A DNA stretch of 40,845 nucleotides from an uncultured archaeon (GCA_964534625.1 CAZHRF010000030.1:1-40845), one strand, 5' to 3'. Shown: positions 17,813-27,489, counted from the first letter of the stretch. The notes: generated from the sequence alone by a model not told the origin. Numbers and translations: made by a program.

Positions 17813-17971
17813 ATGAGTCGTCAAAAATGCCCAAAATGTGGAAGCTTAAATGTAAAAGAAGTCGATGATAAGAGCAAAGTAGTTGCTTACTTCAATCACA
17901 AACCCATTTATCGTCAAAAATTAGTCTGCAGGGAATGCACACATGAATGGTTCCCAGAAGAAAAAGAATAA
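17813..17971 (+). CDS. Small Zn-ribbon protein (52 aa, absent from the ORF track)
   Basis: MSRQKCPKCGSLNV...LVCRECTHEWF; SD GGTGA at 17801; BRE/TATA-like AAAAAAGTTTTAAA at 17733-17746. Confidence 0.85.
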   Translation: MSRQKCPKCGSLNVKEVDDKSKVVAYFNHKPIYRQKLVCRECTHEWFPEEKE

Positions 17972-18095
17972 ATTCGTTAACCATTCTTAGAAGTTATTTG
18001 AATTTTCTTAGATAATGGATTCTTTTTATTTTTTTTATTAATATTCTTCTGTTTTTATTTTTTTGTATTTAATCGTACTATCCCGCAGTTGGAGT

Positions 18096-18818
18096 TTATA
18101 TCCCTTTTTTTAATCTGTTTATCAAAAAACAATGAATGTTTAATTCTTCCATCTTTTTGCATGTTGTTTCCAAATCATAAGCAAGCCTTACTATTTCAAA
18201 ACTGAACTTTTTATTGAACTCATCAATTTCCATCATCATAAAAGAGGCTTTTGGATTTCTATCTCTTGGTTGACCAACAGATCCTGGATTAAACAAGTGT
18301 TTATTATTATTAGTTATGTGTAAAGGTTTATGTGTATGTCCTAAAAATAAAAAATCAACATCAGCAAAATCATTAGTAATTTGAAAGAACATATTATAAG
18401 ACCAAGAAGGTAAATCAGGACTTACATAATCTCGCAACGGTTTTCTAGGCGATCCATGTACATACATTCCTGTTCCTTCTGTTATAAAAATAGGGGATAT
18501 GGAAAATAGGGGATAAGTTCCCAGTAATTCGATATAATCCTTTGATAACTGTTCTTTTGTCCACAATAATCTTAATTTAGGTAAGGGATTGAAATAGGTA
18601 AAATTGTTTTTATACAGAGCATAATCATGATTACCTACGACTTTGATATGAGCTATGTCTTCAACAAGATCAATACATCCTTTTGGATCAGGTCCATATC
18701 CAACAACATCCCCTAAAAACACAATAAGATCAGGTGACTGATCCTTAATATAATCAACTACTACAGTTAGGGCTTCTATATTTGCATGGACATCAGAGAA
18801 TATTGCTAAAGTCGTCAT
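18096..18818 (-). CDS. Calcineurin-like metallophosphoesterase
   Basis: SDVHAN, GDVVGYG, GNHD, HGSP, GHTH, NPGSVGQPRD; AGGTGA SD precedes ATG 18818. Confidence 0.93.
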   Translation of the reverse strand: MTTLAIFSDVHANIEALTVVVDYIKDQSPDLIVFLGDVVGYGPDPKGCIDLVEDIAHIKVVGNHDYALYKNNFTYFNPLPKLRLLWTKEQLSKDYIELLGTYPLFSISPIFITEGTGMYVHGSPRKPLRDYVSPDLPSWSYNMFFQITNDFADVDFLFLGHTHKPLHITNNNKHLFNPGSVGQPRDRNPKASFMMMEIDEFNKKFSFEIVRLAYDLETTCKKMEELNIHCFLINRLKKGI

Positions 18819-19027
18819 ATTATGAATCACCTAGTTTGGTGTTATATGAATTGTATACTTATCAAACAATGAATTACCACATATATAGTTTTTGAACGAA
18901 TGTTAATGTTTTTTATGTTACCATAAATGATACTTTTAGATGTTCATATAAACTTTAAAAATTAGAATTACTACACTTTTTGAACTAAAAATAAAGTTAA
19001 AAAAGAAGAAAAGAGAGATTTAGAGAA

Positions 19028-21010
19028 TTATTTCTTTTTCTTTTTTAGAAGGTTCATTCCACCTACTATTGCTACACCGATTGAAATCACAAAAACAATT
19101 ACAATTTCCGGTTGTAGTGTAGGAGGATCAGCACGTGGAGGGGTAACATATATTTGAATAACTTCAGTTGAATTGTATCCATAACCTCTCTTGTGCATTC
19201 TTATTTCTAGTTCAAGATAACCTGAATCTTTTGGTTCAATATCTGTTGTAAAGTTTTGACCATCTATAGCTGTCATATTTTTTTCTTGTCGATATTGTTT
19301 TAATCTCAAGATATATACAGTAACATTCACATTATTTAAAATGGTATTATTGTCAGTCGTAACAGATATATTGACTGTAATTGATTCTCCATAATTGATA
19401 TTCATTTGTCCAATTTCAAAGTCTGCATGCTGTATTCCAAATTGTGTATCCATTAACCATAATAGTTCTCTTAACAATAATTCTTTGTTATTTGCATAAC
19501 CGAAATAACTTTCATTGTACATATCAGCTGAACCACAAACAATCAATTTACCTCCCCTCTGTAATTCAAGTCCTGCTTGTAATATAGCACTACCATTTAA
19601 ATTCAAATCAATGGATGAATTATATATTCCGATTGGATCATAGTTAATGAAATATTCTCCTGTAGTATTGATAATTGGATAAAGATCCGCATCTTGTACT
19701 TGTATAGTGTTCAAACCAGTTGTTGTGTTGAATCGTAGAGAAGTTCCTATATAAAAGATCTCTTCAAGAGTTTTATTTATTAGAGATAAATCTTTGGACA
19801 GATAGGATAAACTAGTATCAATTTCATCTACCTTTATACTCAAACTCGCATTAACAGAAGTATCATTAAGATAAAGGGGACTAGTATAGGCTTCCATTTG
19901 GAAATGCCCTAAGATATCATTAATGCGATTATTCCTTCTTGTTGCGTCAGCTAGAAGTAAAACTTTTCCTCCTTGAGCTATATAACTTCTTAAAGCTTCT
20001 ACACTATCAGCATCTATTTGATCAAATGAACCAACCAGCATCAGAGCGGTATACTCATTAAGAGTTGCTTTGTCAACTTTAAAAGTTGACGCATAACGCT
20101 TTGTAATGTCCAAACCATATGATTCAAGGTAATTATTAATTGGCATAAACCCATCTGCAACTGTATTTTTTGAACGAGAATAGTACGTTAAGATACTGAC
20201 ATTCTCAACATTATCAACAAGTGTATATGTGCTATGCAATGTCTCTAATCGGATATATTCCCAATCAGAAAAAGCTTCTTCTTTACTTGAATTATAAATT
20301 GCAGTATCATTTTCATAGTATATCAATGAGAAAGGTATTGTATCACTTTGTGTAAGTGCTATGTCATGACCATCTTTATCCCCTGAATTTAATTCTTTAA
20401 TAAACTCAAAAGACACATCATATTTAAAGAATATATCGTCATATTCACTGTACAATACACCATATGTGTTATTAGTTCCTCCAACATCAGTATCTAATAC
20501 TAATGAATCATTATCGCTTCCTTCTATGAAACCATCTTGAGTTCCATTGTATCTATAATTAACTAAAAGTACATCGTCAGGAAATGTTTCTGAACCTACT
20601 TTTTTATCAAAATTACGATCAAATACTATCGCATACCACGTATGAGTTTGGTTATTATATGCTTCCCCTTGTGGAATCGTTTCATTTATTGGAACAAATA
20701 CGTCAGAATTATAGTCAATACCCATGAATAAATGGGTATAATTACTAGTAACTCTAATTGTAAAGGTTCTACCTCCAGCCTCTAGTTCATATTGTGTTGC
20801 GTTGATCCATTCTGTTTCATTTATTATACCATCAATAGTTGGTACGGTCTCATTGAAAGTTACTACATTATTCTGATGAGGTGATAACAGATTATCTGTA
20901 ATATTTTCAGTTTCAGCAGAAACCATTTTATAATTCATAGTTCCTGAAATTAGGAAAATTACTAGAAATAATGAAGTTGTTATTAATTTGATGATTGTAC
21001 GCTTATGCAA
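19028..21010 (-). CDS. Type I membrane glycoprotein: DOMON/CBM9-like N-domain plus GIFT/Wbp1(OST48)-like domain, Ig-like domain, C-terminal TM and poly-Lys tail
   Basis: Signal peptide, PTIDGIINETEW, YIAQGGKVLLLAD, GKLIVCGSADMYNESYF, NKELLLRELLWL, HKRGY, TM then KKKKK. Confidence 0.7.
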   Translation of the reverse strand: MHKRTIIKLITTSLFLVIFLISGTMNYKMVSAETENITDNLLSPHQNNVVTFNETVPTIDGIINETEWINATQYELEAGGRTFTIRVTSNYTHLFMGIDYNSDVFVPINETIPQGEAYNNQTHTWYAIVFDRNFDKKVGSETFPDDVLLVNYRYNGTQDGFIEGSDNDSLVLDTDVGGTNNTYGVLYSEYDDIFFKYDVSFEFIKELNSGDKDGHDIALTQSDTIPFSLIYYENDTAIYNSSKEEAFSDWEYIRLETLHSTYTLVDNVENVSILTYYSRSKNTVADGFMPINNYLESYGLDITKRYASTFKVDKATLNEYTALMLVGSFDQIDADSVEALRSYIAQGGKVLLLADATRRNNRINDILGHFQMEAYTSPLYLNDTSVNASLSIKVDEIDTSLSYLSKDLSLINKTLEEIFYIGTSLRFNTTTGLNTIQVQDADLYPIINTTGEYFINYDPIGIYNSSIDLNLNGSAILQAGLELQRGGKLIVCGSADMYNESYFGYANNKELLLRELLWLMDTQFGIQHADFEIGQMNINYGESITVNISVTTDNNTILNNVNVTVYILRLKQYRQEKNMTAIDGQNFTTDIEPKDSGYLELEIRMHKRGYGYNSTEVIQIYVTPPRADPPTLQPEIVIVFVISIGVAIVGGMNLLKKKKK

Positions 21011-21495
21011 TTTGGTCTATACTCCATTGTTGTTTTTCAATCCTCTAACCAATTTTGTGTTTTTAAAGTTTATTTTTCAAAATGTTTATGTTTACATAAT
21101 CATTAAAGCCTTTATAAAAGGTTAGAGTTATTCATATAGCGGTTAAAACGAAGTAATTTAAAGATTTGGCTTTAAAAGAGAAAAAACATAATAACAAAAC
21201 AAGACATTTTTTCAGCAGAACAAAAATAGATAAAGAATAGGGGGAATATCATACACTACAACATAAAAACAGTTATGCCATTAAAAACGTCTCATTTTTG
21301 CTCTTTACGCTATTATCCTTTATTTTTCTTTGAATAAGTATCAGCTAAAGCACAATAGACAATGTTTTTTTACTAGGACAACCAAGACAAATATAACAAA
21401 ATAACAAAAGTTTAATTTAGTAGGAAAATAAAAGTAATGCAGAAGTTCGTCTACTGCATTAGTGAAGACTGGGTAATAGACTATGGTGACTATGA

Positions 21496-22722
21496 ATGAG
21501 AACTAATATTAAAGATAAACTGATAAAAGAAGAATTCAAAGAGGAAGAGAACATCAGAGAACTTCCAATTAATGCGCTCCTAGATATATCTGAGTCGGAG
21601 CATAAAGTATTACTTGAAGCTGGTGTTAATCAAATTTCAGATCTGGCGGATAATTGGAATAAATATTATGAAAAATTAGTCAAAAAAATACCTAGGGAGA
21701 GAGTAAACAGTTGGATAGCTGCAAGTCGTCTTCTATTAGTTGAAGATGAAGATCGGATAGCTATGGGGGCAAAAATTATTTTAGCTGGTATAGATAATGC
21801 GGGGAAAACATCATTATCTATTGCACTACAACATAGAGGTGCATTATCATTATTATTTCAAAAATTATACGCATTAACACCAACAAGAGGACTATTAAGA
21901 AGAAAAATTGAAGTTTTCGGCTTAGATGCACACATTCATGAACTTGGAGGACAGAAAATTTATAGAGAGGATTATCTACAAAATCCCGAACAATATTTTG
22001 TTGGAACAGACATCATAATTTACGTGGTAGATGTACAAGCTCCCGATAGATATGAAGAAAGTTTTGAATACTTAAAACAAATCATACAAGTAACGAAATC
22101 GTTACACTTGTCGATTCCTTGGAAATTATTCTTCCATAAAAGTGATCCAGAGTTTATACCTGATAAAAAAGCAGTAGAAATATTTGAATCAATGGTTAAT
22201 TATATGACAAATCACTTACCACATTTCCAACCCTCAAGGGATATTTTTAGAACAAGTGTAAAAATTAGATCAACAGTTTTAGGTGCTTTTTCCCATATAT
22301 TCAGAGATATAGCCTTAATACAAGATTCAATTGATCAAGCTTCAAAACAAGTAGCAAATAAACTTAAAGCAGATTATTTTGGGTTATATGATTTCAGGAG
22401 TAATGTGTGTTTTGCTCAATATGTTGAAAAAGAAGAGTTAGAAGAATTATCCCATAATGCTTACTATGAAGCTATTGAAACAATTGCCAATATGAGAGAA
22501 CCTTTCTTACGAATAAGAAGATTTACTTTAGATAATAATGAAAATGAGATATTTATTCTTAGGGATGTGAATTTTGGAGAAGAGCGATATATATGTTGTA
22601 TCTTGACACCTCATGAAGAGACAGCAAGACAACTCGATAAGGATGAAATTGAAGAAATCATCAATCAACATTTAGCAGAATGGATCGAATTTAGGCGTTA
22701 TGCAAAATTCCCAATAGATTAA
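21496..22722 (+). CDS. Small GTPase (Rag/Arf-like) with N-terminal HhH-like and C-terminal roadblock/longin-like domains
   Basis: GIDNAGKT, TPT, ELGGQ, YVVD, FHKSD, RTSV. Confidence 0.85.
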   Translation: MRTNIKDKLIKEEFKEEENIRELPINALLDISESEHKVLLEAGVNQISDLADNWNKYYEKLVKKIPRERVNSWIAASRLLLVEDEDRIAMGAKIILAGIDNAGKTSLSIALQHRGALSLLFQKLYALTPTRGLLRRKIEVFGLDAHIHELGGQKIYREDYLQNPEQYFVGTDIIIYVVDVQAPDRYEESFEYLKQIIQVTKSLHLSIPWKLFFHKSDPEFIPDKKAVEIFESMVNYMTNHLPHFQPSRDIFRTSVKIRSTVLGAFSHIFRDIALIQDSIDQASKQVANKLKADYFGLYDFRSNVCFAQYVEKEELEELSHNAYYEAIETIANMREPFLRIRRFTLDNNENEIFILRDVNFGEERYICCILTPHEETARQLDKDEIEEIINQHLAEWIEFRRYAKFPID

Positions 22723-22742
22723 AAAATTTCTCATTCTCTATT

Positions 22743-23216
22743 TTAAACTGCATTATTTTTTTGTTTGTGTTTTCTTACTAAGGAAAAACCACATCTTGCA
22801 CACTTCAATACATAATTTTCTGTTGTGCTTCGTGCCCATTCCAAAGCATATTGACAGTTGGGGCATAATATGTCCTCATCTGTTAACTGGGATACTCTTT
22901 CTTTTTCTTCTTTTTCTTTAATATCTTGATTAACAATTTCAGATGAAGTTGTAAGATGATAACCTTCAGCGTATCTTGAAATTATAACCACATCCCCTTG
23001 TTGCAAAGGATGATCCTTAAACCATGTTTCTAAACCCGTGATATATCCCTCTTCTGTAAGATGGCCTCCGTATGTTTCCCCATATGAATCAACAAAAAAT
23101 AAGACATGAGTATTAGGAAACATGTCTCGATCCTCGGGGGGTATATAGATAGATTTATTGGATATTTCCCATGGCTCTAAATTTCTTGTCATAAAACCCA
23201 CATGCAAGTTGTTCAC
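22743..23216 (-). CDS. B3/EcoRII-N-like pseudobarrel fused to a C-terminal Zn ribbon
   Basis: SIYIP..DRDMFP...ITGLETWFKDHPLQQGDVVII; CPNC...CARC. Confidence 0.55.
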   Translation of the reverse strand: MNNLHVGFMTRNLEPWEISNKSIYIPPEDRDMFPNTHVLFFVDSYGETYGGHLTEEGYITGLETWFKDHPLQQGDVVIISRYAEGYHLTTSSEIVNQDIKEKEEKERVSQLTDEDILCPNCQYALEWARSTTENYVLKCARCGFSLVRKHKQKNNAV

Positions 23217-23291
23217 CCAAGATTATACCAAACAACTAAACAACAAAAAACAGCTATATAAATACTCTCCATTTATTACCAATAGACGAAT

Positions 23292-23381
23292 TGGAGCCTC
23301 AAGGGGGAATTGAACCCCCGACCGCTTGATTTCTCGGAGTACCTTACGAGTCAAGCGCTCTACCTACTGAGCTATTGAGGC
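23292..23381 (-). tRNA. tRNA-Thr(CGT) with 14-nt intron at 37/38 (23331-23344), encoded CCA
   Basis: GCCTCAA/TTGAGGC acceptor stem, CTTGA/TCAAG anticodon stem, GGGGG-TTCAATT-CCCCC; BHB helix CUCG/CGAG. Confidence 0.94.
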
Positions 23382-23609
23382 ATTTTTCTTAGATTTTAAA
23401 AAAAAATTCTACTTTATAGAGTTTGTGATAATTATTTACAAATTAAGATGGACAACAATACTTTACATCAAATAGAAATGTAATACAAACAAGAATTTAC
23501 CACAGCCTAGAACAGAAAGGTGAATTCCTACCTATTCGTAATACCCATATATTATGTCGAGTATTACCACCCATTTTGTTATTTCCCCAATGAATATGAA
23601 TTGAACACA

Positions 23610-24221
23610 ATGATACATAATCTGTGGATTTCTAAGAAAACGGGTGAATGTTTGTTAAACAGGAGATATGGTGAGATCAAACAAGAAGAAAATCTCATTA
23701 CTAGTTTTCTGAGTGCTATAGAAATCTTTGCTTTGAATGTTGATACTGGATGTCAAAAACTTGAAACAGATTCATATAAGTTTCTTTTTGCTAGCGATGA
23801 ATTAGTCGTTAGTGTCATCTGTATCGATAAGAAGCATGATGAACAAGCTATTCGGAAAGACCTTATTAAAATACAAAAAGAATTTCTTACTCGTTTCCAG
23901 AAGACCATTGAAGACTGGGATGGAAATGTACATCGTTATAAGATACTTCGCAACTATATAGACGATATCTTACAGAAACACATGTCACATATTAATTTAT
24001 CACAAACAAAATTAGAGTTGAATCATATGATAGTTAAAGAACGTCCAAATATGAAATTAAGTCCTCAGCAATCTAAACTCATATCACTACTGAAATATAA
24101 GGGAACAGCCACACTTGGTGATATAGTTAAGTATATGCGATTAAATCAAGATGATGCAGAAATAGCAGCTAAAGACCTAATTCATCAAAATATTATCCGG
24201 ACTTATATAAGTCCCCAATAA
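23610..24221 (+). CDS. Longin-like domain fused to a C-terminal winged-HTH
   Basis: MIHNLWISKKTGECLLNRRY...LITSFLSAI..F...IQKEFLTRF is a longin pattern; LSPQQSKLISLLKYKGTATLGDIV..M....DDAEIAAKDLIHQNII is a wHTH pattern. Confidence 0.7.
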   Translation: MIHNLWISKKTGECLLNRRYGEIKQEENLITSFLSAIEIFALNVDTGCQKLETDSYKFLFASDELVVSVICIDKKHDEQAIRKDLIKIQKEFLTRFQKTIEDWDGNVHRYKILRNYIDDILQKHMSHINLSQTKLELNHMIVKERPNMKLSPQQSKLISLLKYKGTATLGDIVKYMRLNQDDAEIAAKDLIHQNIIRTYISPQ

Positions 24222-24233
24222 CCTCATAATTTT

Positions 24234-24458
24234 TTATTTTTTATACCAACTGGGTTCATTGAGCTCCCCTAGGCTTTTATTGAATTCTTGCACCAGTTTT
24301 TTAGCTTGTGTTGTTGTATCAACTATCACTTCATATTGAGTCATAACAGGTATCCTTTTACTACAATAAGGACATTTTTTTGTTTTCTGAGTAGATTTAC
24401 AGTATGTGAAACGACCACAATTTAGATTGTTACATCTTATAACGGCATATTTTTTCAT
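24234..24458 (-). CDS. DUF1922-like Zn-ribbon protein
   Basis: YAVIRC...CGRFTY......KKCPYC...AKKLV. Confidence 0.75.
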   Translation of the reverse strand: MKKYAVIRCNNLNCGRFTYCKSTQKTKKCPYCSKRIPVMTQYEVIVDTTTQAKKLVQEFNKSLGELNEPSWYKK

Positions 24459-24465
24459 ATGCTTT

Positions 24466-24879
24466 TTAATCTCCAATTATTGTTACTGTGACACGCCGAG
24501 TTCTGGGTCTCACATCTAAGCAAACAAATACAGGTTGTTGCCATGTACCTAATTGTAAAGTACCATTAGAAATTGTGAAAGTGATACTAGGGCCGATTAG
24601 TGATGCTCTTAGATGTGAATGAGCATTAGAATCAATTTCATCATGTCTATATCCTGCTCCTTTAGGAACAAGTTTTTCTAAAATATCTTTAAAATCATTT
24701 AAAACTCGTGGTTCATATTCTATTGCAGTTAACGCACCTGTTGATCCCACGACATTACCAGAAAAAAGACCATTTTTAATAGTAGATTTTTTTACAATGC
24801 TATTAAATTCTCTAGTTAAATCTATTATATCAATTTCTCCTTTAGTCTTAAACCTTACATCTTCTACATACACTTGCAT
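24466..24879 (-). CDS. YjbQ/UPF0047 family protein
   Basis: GSTGAL..IEYEP, YRHD...NAHSHLRASLIG, LGTWQ. Confidence 0.93.
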   Translation of the reverse strand: MQVYVEDVRFKTKGEIDIIDLTREFNSIVKKSTIKNGLFSGNVVGSTGALTAIEYEPRVLNDFKDILEKLVPKGAGYRHDEIDSNAHSHLRASLIGPSITFTISNGTLQLGTWQQPVFVCLDVRPRTRRVTVTIIGD

Positions 24880-24978
24880 CTACTTTCTCCTCGTAGTAAA
24901 TTTATACCTTTTTTCATTTATAAATATTGGTTAAACAAAACAACAACATTTTTTTTGTAGTAAAATAACAGTTGTCTA

Positions 24979-27246
24979 ATGTTGTTTCCTAAAGAATCTA
25001 CTGACCTAGTAAAGAATTCACCTTTTAAGCAATTTGTATTAATGGAATTAGAAAGAGAACGATTATATCATTTCTACTCAAGCATCGATGAATTTCAAGA
25101 AATAAATAAAAATTGGAAAGAATTTTCTAATTTTTGTGCATATTCCCTTTATAATGTATCTAATTTAGCTAGCATGTTGTATCAACGTTATTTGGATGAG
25201 TTCATTAGAGATGAAGAAAAGATTTCAGATGATCACGATAGAAAAGAACACTTGATTAACCAGATTGAAAATTTACAAGAATTTCAAATGGAAACAGCTA
25301 TTCTTATGACCATTTATGCAAATGTGGTAAATAAAGGAATTTTTAGTTCAACAAAGTCCAAAGATTATTCACCCTACTATATGGAAGGATATCGGATTCT
25401 AAATCGAATTTCATCTACTTATTTTGATTCTTCCCATCCACAAGCGAATACTATCGAAGATATAATGTTAGCATTTTCCTTTCTTAATCAGAAAAGACAT
25501 CTTCTTCAGATAATAGAGCAAGCACCTGAAAGTGAAAAAGGAAAAAAATTTTATCTCGAAAATGGCTTTTTTGAACTTAATTTGGCTGAATTCGACGGAA
25601 TCTTTAAATCTCGTTTATTATTGCAGTTAAGTGAAGAATGGTGGTGGAATGATCCTATTGCCTTGCATTTTGTATTTGATCGACAAGAATATCACTTTCA
25701 AGAAGCAATAAAACACTTTGTTAAGGTACCTGAGGACCCAGAAAGAAATGCTGTTCAGATCCAAGAGAGATTTCTCCCAGTAAATAAAACATGGAAAAAC
25801 AGCGCACTTGTAGGACACTATTATAGACTAGGATTAGAAGCTACAAAACAAGAAAATTATTCGGCATCTAGAGAATATTTCAATTTAATTTTAGGATTAA
25901 TCGATGAAATGAAAGAAAACCTCAAAGATATTCCTGAATCAAAGATTAAATTCTTTACATTTATCCAAGATACAATAAAAAACAAAACAACATACCAAAC
26001 GCTGAAAGAATTATCAAATATTACGATTAAAGCTAGAGATCTAATTGAAAAATATACTTTAGAACCACCAATTGATGAAATTAATAAACTTATTTCAGAA
26101 ATAGAGACAGAAGTAAATAATCCCCAACTCCTCACAGGAATAAACTATGTTAGTTCATTACCATTTATTTACAAAAATTTCATCAGAGATATGCAAATTG
26201 GTATACTATCAGATAAGAACAAAAAAGAGACATTAAAGGAGGCTTTAGACAACTTCAATAAATTAGCAGAAAGATTAAAATTTGCACTTAATGACATAGT
26301 ACAAGAGATAGAAGGGATTGAAAATAATCCTAAGAATTTTTCTGAAGAAAGATACAAGAACTTGATTAATGATATAAAAAAGATCAAACTGACTACGTTT
26401 TATATTCCTAGTTGTGACAATAAAGTAGACTTAATTCAAGAAATAGAAAGCATTCAATATTTAGCAGAAGCATCATATATCTATTACACAACAAAACAAC
26501 AAGAAATAAATGAAATACTTTTACTAATCTATCATTCTAAATCACACTATTTTTCAACAAAGGCTTTAGAAGCAGCGCAAAAAAGCACAATGACTATTAT
26601 CCCAAGAAAACTTCTTAATAAAAGATACAGTCAAACTTTCATCGATGGGCAACAAAGTGAGTTAAGATTATTTGAATTAGCCAGACAGTTCTTATTTTTA
26701 AATTCTGTAATTGACTGGCTTGCAAAAGCGTACACGCTATCACTTTCTTCTAAAGAATTCAAAGATTTAAATTACAAAGACTTACTGAACAATTGTTTTT
26801 CACAATTTGAATTGTTCGAAACAATAAACACACGTATTATTGAATCATGTAATGAGCTCATTAATCATAAAGAACTGTTTCATACCGATAATATTCAAAT
26901 AAATTGGAAAGCTATTGAAATGAAACGTATCCTTTCTGAAGTTTTAGAAGGGTTTCTAAACACAACCAAAGAAACCATTCTTGGTTATGGAGCTAGATCA
27001 AGTAAAGAACAATATAAGGCAACTTCTCATTTTGAGAGTTCTTATAAAATATTAACCAAAACAACCGAAATATTGAAACCCGTAGCACATATGGATTCGA
27101 ACATTACACAATTGTCAAATCAATTGTATGAATTTTCAATGTTAATTAAAGAATTGGAAAGAGGTACAAGAGAGCGAGATAAAATTCAAAATCTACCATT
27201 AAGTCAAATACTTGAACTGATGAAAAAGCTAGCATTTTTATCATAA
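24979..27246 (+). CDS. Large alpha-helical hypothetical protein
   Basis: 755 aa uninterrupted ORF with helical composition; no catalytic motif seen. Confidence 0.7.
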   Translation: MLFPKESTDLVKNSPFKQFVLMELERERLYHFYSSIDEFQEINKNWKEFSNFCAYSLYNVSNLASMLYQRYLDEFIRDEEKISDDHDRKEHLINQIENLQEFQMETAILMTIYANVVNKGIFSSTKSKDYSPYYMEGYRILNRISSTYFDSSHPQANTIEDIMLAFSFLNQKRHLLQIIEQAPESEKGKKFYLENGFFELNLAEFDGIFKSRLLLQLSEEWWWNDPIALHFVFDRQEYHFQEAIKHFVKVPEDPERNAVQIQERFLPVNKTWKNSALVGHYYRLGLEATKQENYSASREYFNLILGLIDEMKENLKDIPESKIKFFTFIQDTIKNKTTYQTLKELSNITIKARDLIEKYTLEPPIDEINKLISEIETEVNNPQLLTGINYVSSLPFIYKNFIRDMQIGILSDKNKKETLKEALDNFNKLAERLKFALNDIVQEIEGIENNPKNFSEERYKNLINDIKKIKLTTFYIPSCDNKVDLIQEIESIQYLAEASYIYYTTKQQEINEILLLIYHSKSHYFSTKALEAAQKSTMTIIPRKLLNKRYSQTFIDGQQSELRLFELARQFLFLNSVIDWLAKAYTLSLSSKEFKDLNYKDLLNNCFSQFELFETINTRIIESCNELINHKELFHTDNIQINWKAIEMKRILSEVLEGFLNTTKETILGYGARSSKEQYKATSHFESSYKILTKTTEILKPVAHMDSNITQLSNQLYEFSMLIKELERGTRERDKIQNLPLSQILELMKKLAFLS

Positions 27247-27489
27247 ATACCTCTAAAACATGAGCATATATTTTCTAGTACTGCCAAATTAAGAAATATT
27301 CAAGGATCCTATTCATTTAAACTGGATTTTAGCCCGTTCTATCCCGGAAATCATATAAATAAAGCACGATTTCGGAAGTATTATTTTCATAGAAACAAAT
27401 AATAGTTAATAGTTTTGATTTAAGTTTATCATCTGTACTTCGAAGAAAGAATACAAAACCTTTTTTATACTTAATGAAGAATTGCTTCT

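Noticed and set aside
23520-23609. N-terminal extension of the longin protein
   Set aside because: The longin pattern starts at MIHNLWI (23610); the upstream translation is compositionally atypical
27310-27380. Imperfect hairpin CCGGAAATC..GATTTCGG in the intergenic region as an ncRNA
   Set aside because: A single imperfect stem with no C/D, H/ACA or other family motifs is insufficient support
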